Source of the DNA: Planctomycetota bacterium
Lineage (GTDB): Bacteria; Planctomycetota; GCA-002687715; DRQF01
NCBI GenBank assembly: GCA_036479435.1
Contig: JAZGFI010000215.1
Coordinates: 1 to 16,606, forward strand
DNA: 16,606 bases
Direction: 5' to 3'
Position numbers and translations under genes: made by a program. Below, in pieces: positions 1-7,712 of the stretch. How positions within the stretch are numbered: position 1 is the first letter of the stretch; every line of letters begins with the position of its first letter. Under the pieces are notes generated by a model. The model worked only from the letters and a program-made list of their open reading frames with translations. It was not told the origin of the DNA and ran no database searches.

Positions 1-122
1 TAGTGGCACGTCGCCGAGCCGAGTACGGGGCGCTCGCGCGCCGTACTCATTTGCCGTCGCGACAACCTCGCACGAATCCGCCTCTGTCCACGAGCAAGAT
101 GATTGCGTATCCTCTTCTTCAC
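1..122 (-). CDS. IS1380-family transposase, N-terminal fragment (runs off the window; not in the ORF track)
   Basis: GTG at 122, preceded by GGGGAGGG, opens VKKRIRNHLARGQRRIRARLSRRQMSTARERPVLGSATCH(Y) to the window edge. From memory this resembles the basic N-terminus (K.IR..L...RRI..RL...PV.....HYE) of planctomycete IS1380 transposases. Confidence 0.65.
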   Translation of the reverse strand, partial: MKKRIRNHLARGQRRIRARLSRRQMSTARERPVLGSATCH

Positions 123-124
123 TT

Positions 125-193
125 GAATGCCCTCCCCAGTGCGTTTTGTGTTGGCTTTGAACATCAACATCTACGCGCACGGAGAGGGCTTTC
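125..193 (-). promoter_or_regulatory. Imperfect inverted repeat covering the transposase RBS
   Basis: Minus strand GAAAGCCCTCTCC-GTGCG ... CGCACTGGGGAGGGCATTC, with an inner TGTTG/CAACA pair. The 3' arm contains the GGGGAGG RBS. Confidence 0.55.
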
Positions 194-208
194 TTCGTGT
201 TTTTACGA

Positions 209-778
209 TTACACTTTCGCAATCCACGCTTGTTCGAGGCCTAGTGAATTGCCAAGCTCATCTTTGAGAACCACCTGAGGCACAACTTCTCTTCGGCGAG
301 CACTGATGAACCCAACGAGCGCGAGCTGCGCGTCCTCAGGGCTCATCGGCTCGACCCTCGCCAGACAGTCAAGGAAGAAACTCCATCCTTCGGCATTCTT
401 CGGAGACGTAACTTCTTCGAGGCCATCCTTGTTGAAGAATGGTGAGTTATTGAAGGGGTTTGGGCCGTTGGCTCCCAGATCGACCGACATCTTTGCTCGT
501 GCTGGTACCCAGACTTTCTCAGCCAACATGCGAGCGGAATAGGGGCGAGCTGAACCCTCCCTTTGATTGATGGACCGAACGTCAACTTCCGAATCGACGG
601 TTCTTGCCAAGATCGCCGTACCCAAGAAAGCGAGCACGGAGGAGTTCTTGCCTTTGGGGCACAATCTCCCGAGTTCCCCAACATCTTGAGCCCAATCTCT
701 GCTGGCTTTCGCCAAGTCTCCATGTGCAAGCTCCGAGGCTATCTCGAGATTTGTTGCGGCTGCTTCGTAGTCAATCAT
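209..778 (-). pseudogene. SacI-family restriction endonuclease, N-terminal part, probably truncated by the IS
   Basis: Motifs AFLGTAILA, YSARMLAEKVWVP and DLGANGPNPFNNSPFF match the SacI-family pattern as I recall it (YSAR.L...VLVP...LG..G.EPLNNQP). ATG 778 has a GAGGTGA RBS. The product is only 189 aa, and its last residues (WIAKV*) are encoded by the putative IS end. Confidence 0.65.
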
Positions 779-807
779 GAAAATCACCTCGCCCACCGAT
801 TCTGACG

Positions 808-835
808 ATCTTAGGGCATTGCGCTCCTTCCGCAA
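808..835 (-). promoter_or_regulatory. Putative sigma70-type promoter for the SacI-like gene
   Basis: TTGCGG-N16-TAAGAT, about 30 nt upstream of ATG 778. Confidence 0.4.
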
Positions 836-951
836 CAATGATGCCGAGTCGATCTGCTGGCTTTCTGTGGTGCTATGGCGACAGCGCGACTTCGATCCAA
901 GACCATGACTTGCGGCTGTCCACAGTGGCCACCTGCGGTTACATTTTGGCG

Positions 952-3015
952 ATGATCTACCGAACTATCGCCTCGATCGTCATCCTCAGTTGTTCTTTGC
1001 TGGGGCAAGCTCCGGCTGAACTGCAGCGCTTCGAACTCCTCGACGTTTTTGATCTTGAGTATGCGAGCGACCCACGCATCTCTCCCGATGGGGAGTGGGT
1101 CGTCTACGTGCGCAACTTCATGGATATCATGAAGGATCGCAAACGCTCCAATCTTTGGTTGCTGAAGACTGACGGCACGCTCCATCGCCCCTTGACGACC
1201 GGTATTCGGAATGACTCCGCCCCGCGCTGGTCGCCGGACGGCAAGCGACTGCTCTATGCGTCATCGAAAGCTGGCGAAAGCGATCTGGTGGTGCGCTGGA
1301 TGGATGGTGGTCACAAGGTGAAGCTCGGTCGGCTTGGGTCTTCGCCATCTGGTTTGAGTTGGTCGCCGGACGGCGAGTGGATTGCGTTCTCGATGCTCGT
1401 CAGAGAGCCGACGAGTTCATTTGCGAAACTACCCAAGGCTCCCAAGGGAGCGGAATGGGCGGCCGCTCCGATCGTCATTGATTCGATGCGTTGGCGTCGT
1501 GACGGCAGTGGGATCTTGAATCCCGGATTTGCTCAGCTCTTTGTCATGCCCGCCGAGGGAGGCTCGCCTCGTCAGATCACTCGGGGAAAATTTCATCATC
1601 GCGGTCCGCCCTCTTGGACGCCCGACAGCAAGAACTTGGTCTTCTCAGCGAACCGGCGCAAGGATTGGGAACTGGAGAGTCTCGACAGCGAAGTGCAGAT
1701 CGTCGACGTCGCCACGGGAAAGATCAAATCACTCACCAAGCGTTACGGGCCGGACAACTCCCCTGTCGTTTCGCCGGACGGCCAGTACATCGCCTACCTC
1801 GGGTTTGACGACAAGCATGCGGGTTACCAACTAAGCAAGCTCCACATCATGCAGATCGATGGCAGCGAGTCTCGAGTCATCGGAGCAGACCTTGACCGCA
1901 ATTTGTTTCGACCGACCTGGGCTGCCGATGGCCAATCGCTTTGGATCAGTTTTGATGATCGCGGCCGGGGTATGATCGCTCGCATGGGACTCGATGGGCA
2001 TCGTGAGGTCTTAGCGAATGACGTCGGCGGCACGACCTTGGGCCGGCCCTACGCCGGCGGCTCTTATAGCGTGGCCAGAGACGGTCGTTTCGCCTATACC
2101 AGGACCTCGCCCTTGCGACCAGCGGACGTCGCCATCGGAGAACATGGCAAGCAGACTCGCGTCATAACCAAGCTCAACCGAGATGTCTTCGGACACAAAC
2201 AGCTATCCTCTGTCGAAGAGATCTGGTGCAAGTCGTCACACGACGGGCAGCCCATCCAAGGTTGGATCGTTAAGCCGCCAGGGTTTGACGCCAACAAACG
2301 CTACCCCCTGTTGCTCGAGATCCACGGCGGGCCCTTTGCCAACTATGGGGAGCGATTCTCGGCCGAAATCCAACTCTACGCCGCCGCCGGTTATGTGGTG
2401 CTCTACACCAACCCGCGGGGTAGCACGAGCTACGGCGCGAAGTTCGGCAACATGATTCACCACGCTTATCCCGGATTTGACTACGACGACTTGATGTCTT
2501 GCGTGGACGCCACCATCCAACGCGGCTACGTTGACCCCAAGCGACTGTTCGTAACCGGCGGCAGCGGTGGCGGCGTCCTCACCGCTTGGATCGTCGGGAA
2601 AACTCATCGCTTTCGCGCCGCAGTCTGCGCGAAACCCGTCATCAACTGGTATAGCTTCGCCTTGGCCTCTGATAGCCCTGCGTACTTTTCGAAGTATTGG
2701 TTTCCGGGCCCGCCCTGGGAGCATTTAGAGCACTACATGAAGCGTTCGCCCATCTCACTGGTTGGCAATATCCAAACGCCCACCATGCTGCTGACCGGAG
2801 AACAGGATTGGCGAACGCCAATTTCAGAATCGGAGCAGCTTTATCACGCACTTAAACTGCGCAAAATTGACACTGCTTTGGTCCGCATCCCGGGCGCGTC
2901 GCATTCCATCGCGAGTCGGCCAAGTCGCCTCATTGCGAAGGTCGCCCACATCTTGGAGTGGTTTCGCCGCTACGATCAACCCGCAGATCTAGACGCGGCC
3001 GGCGAGAAGCGCTGA
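952..3015 (+). CDS. Exported S9-family (prolyl oligopeptidase/acylaminoacyl-peptidase-like) serine peptidase
   Basis: Signal peptide MIYRTIASIVILSCSLLG; TolB/WD40-like repeats (SPDG..); IHGGP; nucleophile motif GGSGGG; Asp in EQDWRTP; His in GASHSI. Start set at 952 rather than 838 because the signal peptide begins there. Confidence 0.93.
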   Translation: MIYRTIASIVILSCSLLGQAPAELQRFELLDVFDLEYASDPRISPDGEWVVYVRNFMDIMKDRKRSNLWLLKTDGTLHRPLTTGIRNDSAPRWSPDGKRLLYASSKAGESDLVVRWMDGGHKVKLGRLGSSPSGLSWSPDGEWIAFSMLVREPTSSFAKLPKAPKGAEWAAAPIVIDSMRWRRDGSGILNPGFAQLFVMPAEGGSPRQITRGKFHHRGPPSWTPDSKNLVFSANRRKDWELESLDSEVQIVDVATGKIKSLTKRYGPDNSPVVSPDGQYIAYLGFDDKHAGYQLSKLHIMQIDGSESRVIGADLDRNLFRPTWAADGQSLWISFDDRGRGMIARMGLDGHREVLANDVGGTTLGRPYAGGSYSVARDGRFAYTRTSPLRPADVAIGEHGKQTRVITKLNRDVFGHKQLSSVEEIWCKSSHDGQPIQGWIVKPPGFDANKRYPLLLEIHGGPFANYGERFSAEIQLYAAAGYVVLYTNPRGSTSYGAKFGNMIHHAYPGFDYDDLMSCVDATIQRGYVDPKRLFVTGGSGGGVLTAWIVGKTHRFRAAVCAKPVINWYSFALASDSPAYFSKYWFPGPPWEHLEHYMKRSPISLVGNIQTPTMLLTGEQDWRTPISESEQLYHALKLRKIDTALVRIPGASHSIASRPSRLIAKVAHILEWFRRYDQPADLDAAGEKR

Positions 3016-3852
3016 AAAGACCTTCGGTAGTGGCGCCTCGAGCACCAGTTCCGAATCCGTGACCGGATGGGTGACGCAAAGCCGCAAGGCATGCAGCCCC
3101 ATGCGGGGACCGGCGGCTCCGTAGCGACGGTCACCGGTTACCGGATGGCCGATCCAAGCCAAGTGCGCGCGAATCTGGTGCCGACGCCCCGTGAGGAGTT
3201 CGATTTCCAACAGGGCTCGCCATCGTCCGCGGTCTCGAGTCACAAAGCGCGTTCGCGCGTCTTTCGCGTCAGGACGTCTTCCTACCCGTACATTCAGGCT
3301 CTGGTCTTCCCATAGCGGTTCATCGATAAGGCCTTCGCTGGGCTGCGGATGGCCATCGACAACTGCCAAGTAGGTTTTTTGAGCCTTCGCCCACGAGTCC
3401 TGCAGGGCATCGCAGATTTCTCGCGAGCGTGCAAACAGCAACACTCCCGAGGTCTCTCGATCTAGACGGTGTACTGGCCACAGGGATGCCTGGTGCTCAG
3501 GAGTCGACAAGGAGTCTCGAACCAAGGCGAGGGCGGTGCGGCGACGATCGCGTTCCGAGGCCACTGACAACAGTCCCGCGGGTTTGTCGATGGCGATCAA
3601 TTCGTCGTCGGAAAACAGCACAGTAAACGGTACGCGATTCTGGGGCGTCTGCTCGCCATCTCCCCGGGCAACGATCTCGACCAGGTCCCCCACTTGGAGG
3701 GCATGATCGTGGCGCCGAGCCGGATTGCCATTAACCTGAACACAGCCCAGGCGCAGGCGCATTTTCAGCGTCCTCACGGCCCAACTGTCGAGATTGGACC
3801 GCAAAAAAGCCAAGAGCGGCGCTGGTGCGTCGACCTTCAATCGCTCGGACAT
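2989..3852 (-). CDS. RluA/RluD-family pseudouridine synthase with N-terminal S4-like domain
   Basis: IDKPAGLLS, catalytic VHRLDRETSGVLL, TGRRHQIRAHL, GD.RYG, LHA..L...HP. Start MSERLKV at 3852 is preferred over 3951. Confidence 0.93.
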   Translation of the reverse strand: MSERLKVDAPAPLLAFLRSNLDSWAVRTLKMRLRLGCVQVNGNPARRHDHALQVGDLVEIVARGDGEQTPQNRVPFTVLFSDDELIAIDKPAGLLSVASERDRRRTALALVRDSLSTPEHQASLWPVHRLDRETSGVLLFARSREICDALQDSWAKAQKTYLAVVDGHPQPSEGLIDEPLWEDQSLNVRVGRRPDAKDARTRFVTRDRGRWRALLEIELLTGRRHQIRAHLAWIGHPVTGDRRYGAAGPRMGLHALRLCVTHPVTDSELVLEAPLPKVFSALLAGRV

Positions 3853-3989
3853 GGACTCTTGTCGCTCCGAATTGGCGGCGACCCGTCCGAGTCGTTCAGA
3901 GTGAAAACTGGAGGAGCAGACCGCGTTCGCGCTCATTCTCTCAACGAACACGGTCTTGCACCAACGCCAGTGGCGGTATCAAAATCGAC

Positions 3990-4766
3990 TTAGAGGATCG
4001 TCAGCGTCGTCGCATTCGAAATCCGTGCTATCGGACAGAAGGCGCTAAAGTCGACCACGAAAAAAGCGACCTCGAAACTGAATCCCGAAAGTGCCGGATT
4101 GTTGGGAACCGCGATCACCGGAGCCGTCGTGGAACCGGGGTAAAGGTCGTTTGGCCCCGCAAGCAATCCCACGGTGTTCAAAAAGACACCGTTGCCCGGA
4201 GTCGTGGAGAAGTTGAACAGAAAATCGATGTCGAGCGGGATAACGCCGCCACAAGTCGGGATTCCGGTGTTCGACGTGAGCGCGGCCGCATAGGCGTAGA
4301 TGAGGCCCGGGTCTTGTGGCGAACAAAGATAGAGATTGCGGACACTACCCGGTCGCAAGACTCCCACGGTCGTCAGGGCAGCATCGACACCACCGATCGT
4401 GATGGTCTGGGCCGTGGTCACGCCATTGACGTCGATCAAGTAGCTGTAGATTCCGGGGGCCACTTGATTGCCGTTGTTGTCGGTCTGGTCCCAGCGAAAG
4501 TGAACAATCGCTTGACCGGGACTCACTGGAATCGGGGCGAAGATGAACGCCTGAAAATTGAAAATCTCAAGGCCCAAAGCGTTGAGAACCCGGACCGGTC
4601 CGATCTGGCCGATCAAAAAAGTCGACGGGGTGTCATTCGTGACGCTCGCAATGATGTCGCAGCCAATCGGAGCGGTCGTCGGCCCGATGTTCACTGAAAT
4701 TTGAGAACTAGCGCTCGGGACTAAGATGAAAACCAACAAAGTCGCGACTAGGGCAATACGGATCAT
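3990..4766 (-). CDS. Secreted protein with FlgD-Ig/BsuPI-like domain and a conserved C-terminal domain
   Basis: AAGGAG RBS 7 nt before ATG 4766; signal peptide ending SASS|Q; WDQTDNNGNQVAPGIY matches the FlgD-Ig WDG.D..G..V..G.Y pattern; ends SNATTLTIL. Confidence 0.75.
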   Translation of the reverse strand: MIRIALVATLLVFILVPSASSQISVNIGPTTAPIGCDIIASVTNDTPSTFLIGQIGPVRVLNALGLEIFNFQAFIFAPIPVSPGQAIVHFRWDQTDNNGNQVAPGIYSYLIDVNGVTTAQTITIGGVDAALTTVGVLRPGSVRNLYLCSPQDPGLIYAYAAALTSNTGIPTCGGVIPLDIDFLFNFSTTPGNGVFLNTVGLLAGPNDLYPGSTTAPVIAVPNNPALSGFSFEVAFFVVDFSAFCPIARISNATTLTIL

Positions 4767-4878
4767 GATCATTCTCCTTGTGTTTTGCCCGCGCGCCGCT
4801 CCACGCGCTACGGGGTTGCTGTAGCCCGCATCCTACACCCACGACCAAGATGGACCCAATGGCTAGCTCTTCGGCGGC

Positions 4879-4918
4879 AAAAAAACAGCCCTCCCAAGCC
4901 GATAGGCGAGGGAGGGCC
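4879..4918 (-). terminator. Rho-independent terminator after the beta-helix gene
   Basis: Minus strand GGCCCTCCCTCGCC-TATC-GGCTTGGGAGGGCTG followed by T7, about 20 nt after the stop at 4938. Confidence 0.85.
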
Positions 4919-4937
4919 AAGAGCAGTTCGGCGAAAA

Positions 4938-7268
4938 TCAGTTGGTGAAGGTCACCTCCTGGGCATTCGACGCACCGAAGATCATGTTGTCGGTCAAACC
5001 GGACAGCACAAAAGCCTGAATGCGGCCGACGACGCCGATGAGACCAACCGGCGCAATGTAGTTCAAAACCAAGGGCTGCGAGGTCAAAAGCGAAGACCCA
5101 AACGGACTGCCGGGACTACCGTCATACAGAACAATCGCCTGCTGGGTCTGAAGATGAGCGATCGGGAAGATCACGTTGCCGGGAGGCGAGACGCCCTGCC
5201 AAAGCTGCACGGCAAGGATCGCCGGCGCGTTGACAAAAGTGCCGCAGGGGGTGGAGATCTCCACCGTGATCACATCTGTGTTCACTTGCGCGTTCTTCAT
5301 GGGCTCTTGACCCGTGCCCAAACCGTTAATGAAAATGAGCATCTCAAAGTCTTCGCGGGAGCCGGGAAAGACTTCGGCGAAGACTTCCGTAACTACGGTG
5401 TCAAGCGGATTGGTCGCGAATGTGGTGGCGATGGTGGCGGTCGCTTCGTCCGCAAAGTAAGCCGCTCCATTCGGAGCCAAGGGCTCACCGCCAGTCACTC
5501 TCCAGGGCAATCCCATGCTGACGGCAGTATCGTCAAGCAGCGGCACACAGCCCTCGCCAAATCGTGCCAAGGGCGCGATGATGTTGGTGAAGGTCACCGT
5601 CGCGGCGTTGTCCAACTCGAGTTCCAACACGAAGTCTCCTGCGTCGCCGAGCAGAATTCCTACTCCGCCAGGGATCGTGTTGCCAATGGTCGTGGCACCC
5701 TCAAGCCGCATCGATGAGTTGCCATCTGGCGTCAAGGTGCTGCCGGCCACAAAGACGCTGATCGCGCCGAATCCGATGTTCCCGGCGACATCTTGCAAGG
5801 TGGCGCTGCGCAAGATCCCAACGGTTCCCGGTGAAAACTGGACACCCGATCCGGATAGATCGCTGGCGATCACATCCTCCACGAGTACGTCGCTGGAATC
5901 GGTGTTGAGGACAAAGCCGTGGATGCGGCCATTCACGCCCTGCACCATGTTGCCGAGGCCCGCGACCCGGACATTGCTGACCGTGAGTCCGTCGGCATCG
6001 ATGCCCTCCAGATGTTGGCGGTCAGCGCCGGTCATGGTGAGATCGGACACTGTCACGTCCAAAGCCCCGTCGATGACAATGACGAGGTTGTGCGTCGACT
6101 GTGAATCCAAGATCACCGTGTCGCGGTCGGTGCCCTTCAAGGTCAAGCCGTCTTGAGTGATATTAACGATTTCGTTTCCGCCGACCGTGGAGTAGACACC
6201 GGGCAGAATGCAAACGACTCCGTTCATTCCCGCGGCGTCAACCGCCGCCTGGATGTTCATTCCCGGCGCGACGAAGATCGTTGAGGTTCCCAGCTCGGTC
6301 AGCACGGCCGTTTCGGGGTTCGGAGCCAAGGCAACGCCAATAGCGGCGTTGGCAAGCGATGAGAAATAAGCGAGACCGGTGGGGACGGCGGCCGAGGCGT
6401 TGCTGAGGACATACATCAAAGATAAACCGGTGATGTAGTCGTTGAGGCCCACGATCGTGCCGAGGCCGACAGTTGTTACCTCGGCGATCACTCCGAAAAA
6501 GGACGTCGTGCCCGTGAGAGTCGTCGTGATCGTCCCGAGGGGAGTATCGAGGAACAAAAAGCCACTGGGAGTTCCAATGATGAAGTTCGCGCCACTAATA
6601 TCGACGCCAACATCACCGCCCGGAATCGAAATGCCGCCGGCGGTGTCAAAAGCGATCGCGGCAAAGCCCGGAACTCCGGCCGAGTTCGAGATGCTGAAGT
6701 TCGAAAGCGAACAGGCGATGCTCCCGCCCGTAAACTGAAACCCGCCACCGGAACAATCTTCGATTGTCACCGCGTCAACGGACGAGTTCGGTGAGTTCAA
6801 GATTCCGAATCCGTAGATGACTCCATTGGTCGAGACCGTCGCGATGCCGAGGCCTTGAGCGCGGACATCTTCAATGGTCGTCGCTGGCGAGTTGAAGCTG
6901 ATGATTCCGTGGCGATTCATTTCACGCACGGTCAGCTCCCGGATCGTGATGTTGGGACTACTCTCAACGAAGAACCCGCTGGTGAAAGTCTGTTGCGCGT
7001 CGATGATCGTCGCCGTAGTTCCGGACCCCATGATGGTGATGTTCATCTTGCCCACGACATTGACGACGCCCGGACCGCCGCCCGCAGACGTGAAAGTACC
7101 CGCCGCGATCATGATCGTGTCGCCGGACACCGCGGCGTCAACGGCCGATTGAATGGTCGGGAAGGCCACCGATGGGACGTTTAGGATCTGGGCGCTCGCC
7201 ATTGGGCTCATTAAGCCGAATACGAAAGCAACGAACACCGCCGCTAGGCTGAAAGATCTAGTCTTCAT
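4938..7268 (-). CDS. Secreted protein with two tandem right-handed beta-helix (pectin lyase-like) modules and a ~145-aa C-terminal domain
   Basis: AGGAG RBS; signal peptide ending MASA|Q; two cap motifs, TIQSAVDAAVSGDTIMIAAGTF and NIQAAVDAAGMNGVVCILPGVY; small-residue-rich beta repeats; ends SNAQEVTFTN. Confidence 0.8.
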   Translation of the reverse strand: MKTRSFSLAAVFVAFVFGLMSPMASAQILNVPSVAFPTIQSAVDAAVSGDTIMIAAGTFTSAGGGPGVVNVVGKMNITIMGSGTTATIIDAQQTFTSGFFVESSPNITIRELTVREMNRHGIISFNSPATTIEDVRAQGLGIATVSTNGVIYGFGILNSPNSSVDAVTIEDCSGGGFQFTGGSIACSLSNFSISNSAGVPGFAAIAFDTAGGISIPGGDVGVDISGANFIIGTPSGFLFLDTPLGTITTTLTGTTSFFGVIAEVTTVGLGTIVGLNDYITGLSLMYVLSNASAAVPTGLAYFSSLANAAIGVALAPNPETAVLTELGTSTIFVAPGMNIQAAVDAAGMNGVVCILPGVYSTVGGNEIVNITQDGLTLKGTDRDTVILDSQSTHNLVIVIDGALDVTVSDLTMTGADRQHLEGIDADGLTVSNVRVAGLGNMVQGVNGRIHGFVLNTDSSDVLVEDVIASDLSGSGVQFSPGTVGILRSATLQDVAGNIGFGAISVFVAGSTLTPDGNSSMRLEGATTIGNTIPGGVGILLGDAGDFVLELELDNAATVTFTNIIAPLARFGEGCVPLLDDTAVSMGLPWRVTGGEPLAPNGAAYFADEATATIATTFATNPLDTVVTEVFAEVFPGSREDFEMLIFINGLGTGQEPMKNAQVNTDVITVEISTPCGTFVNAPAILAVQLWQGVSPPGNVIFPIAHLQTQQAIVLYDGSPGSPFGSSLLTSQPLVLNYIAPVGLIGVVGRIQAFVLSGLTDNMIFGASNAQEVTFTN

Positions 7269-7303
7269 GAAAAAGGCTCCTGGTTTTTCGGTTGCGGCGG
7301 GGC

Positions 7304-7323
7304 TGAATCACAGTTGAATCACA
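7304..7323. repeat. 9-bp direct repeat TGAATCACA x2 with 11-bp period
   Basis: GC-TGAATCACA-GT-TGAATCACA, 35-55 nt upstream of ATG 7268. Confidence 0.6.
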
Positions 7324-7385
7324 CGGTCGCCGGGCAACGCCTGTCGAGGGTCGAGTTTGGAATGGGATCTACTTCCTCGCCGCGC

Positions 7386-7414
7386 ACTATGGTTCAGCGG
7401 AGAATTCGAGGCAA
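7386..7414 (-). promoter_or_regulatory. Putative sigma70-type promoter for the beta-helix gene
   Basis: TTGCCT-N17-CATAGT, about 118 nt upstream of ATG 7268. Confidence 0.35.
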
Positions 7415-7712
7415 GTGCCATCACCAGACAAGTTGCAGGTTCGCGACCCAAACTCGGCCCGCAGACGCGCGACGAGATAGCGAGCTTCGCGATGGTGAAC
7501 GCGCACTGGAAATGTTGCCAGCAAGCGTCAACTCAAAGCACTTCAGGAACTACAGTTAGGAGTTCACCATCTTTCCAGCGCGGGAATCGACCGTGTCCCA
7601 ACTCCCAACGCAAAGCCTATAGGTTATCCATGAATTTGCCGCTAAGACCGCGCACGACGCGAACTTGTCGCAACTAAAACGCGCCTTACTTCGGATCTCG
7701 CACACTGAACAG

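Larger units (their letters stand above)
1..228 (-). mobile_element. Left end of a putative IS1380-family insertion sequence (partial)
   Basis: Minus strand reads CGTGGATTGCGAAAGTG from about 228, resembling the C-N-N-GGATT/AGATT starts of IS1380 termini. An imperfect hairpin (125-193) and the transposase start follow. The upstream ORF is cut at this point. The right end and target duplication are not in the window. Confidence 0.55.

Noticed and set aside
779..951. Longer N-termini given by the ORF track (838 on both strands; likewise 3951, 4772, 8408, 9181)
   Set aside because: Downstream starts fit better, by RBS spacing, by placing the signal peptide at the N-terminus, or by matching where the family domain begins.
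3825..5717. Long plus-strand ORFs 3825-4697 and 4785-5717 (and similar ones at 5515-6156, 8043-8567, 9616-10224)
   Set aside because: They are antisense shadows of well-supported minus-strand genes in GC-rich DNA, with no recognisable motifs or RBS.
7366..7397. Third possible copy of the ECF motif (CTGAAC-N10-GGCGAGGA-agta) upstream of the beta-helix gene
   Set aside because: It has three box mismatches and a spacer 2 nt short, and it overlaps a plausible sigma70 promoter. Too weak to call, though worth a PWM test.
7405..7422. Sigma54 promoter at TGGCAC on the minus strand
   Set aside because: The -12 GC is not at the required distance from the -24 GG.
7314..7677. Short ORFs 7314-7559 and 7357-7677 in the large intergenic region
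   Set aside because: No convincing RBS or motifs. No tRNA, riboswitch or ncRNA could be recognised here either.
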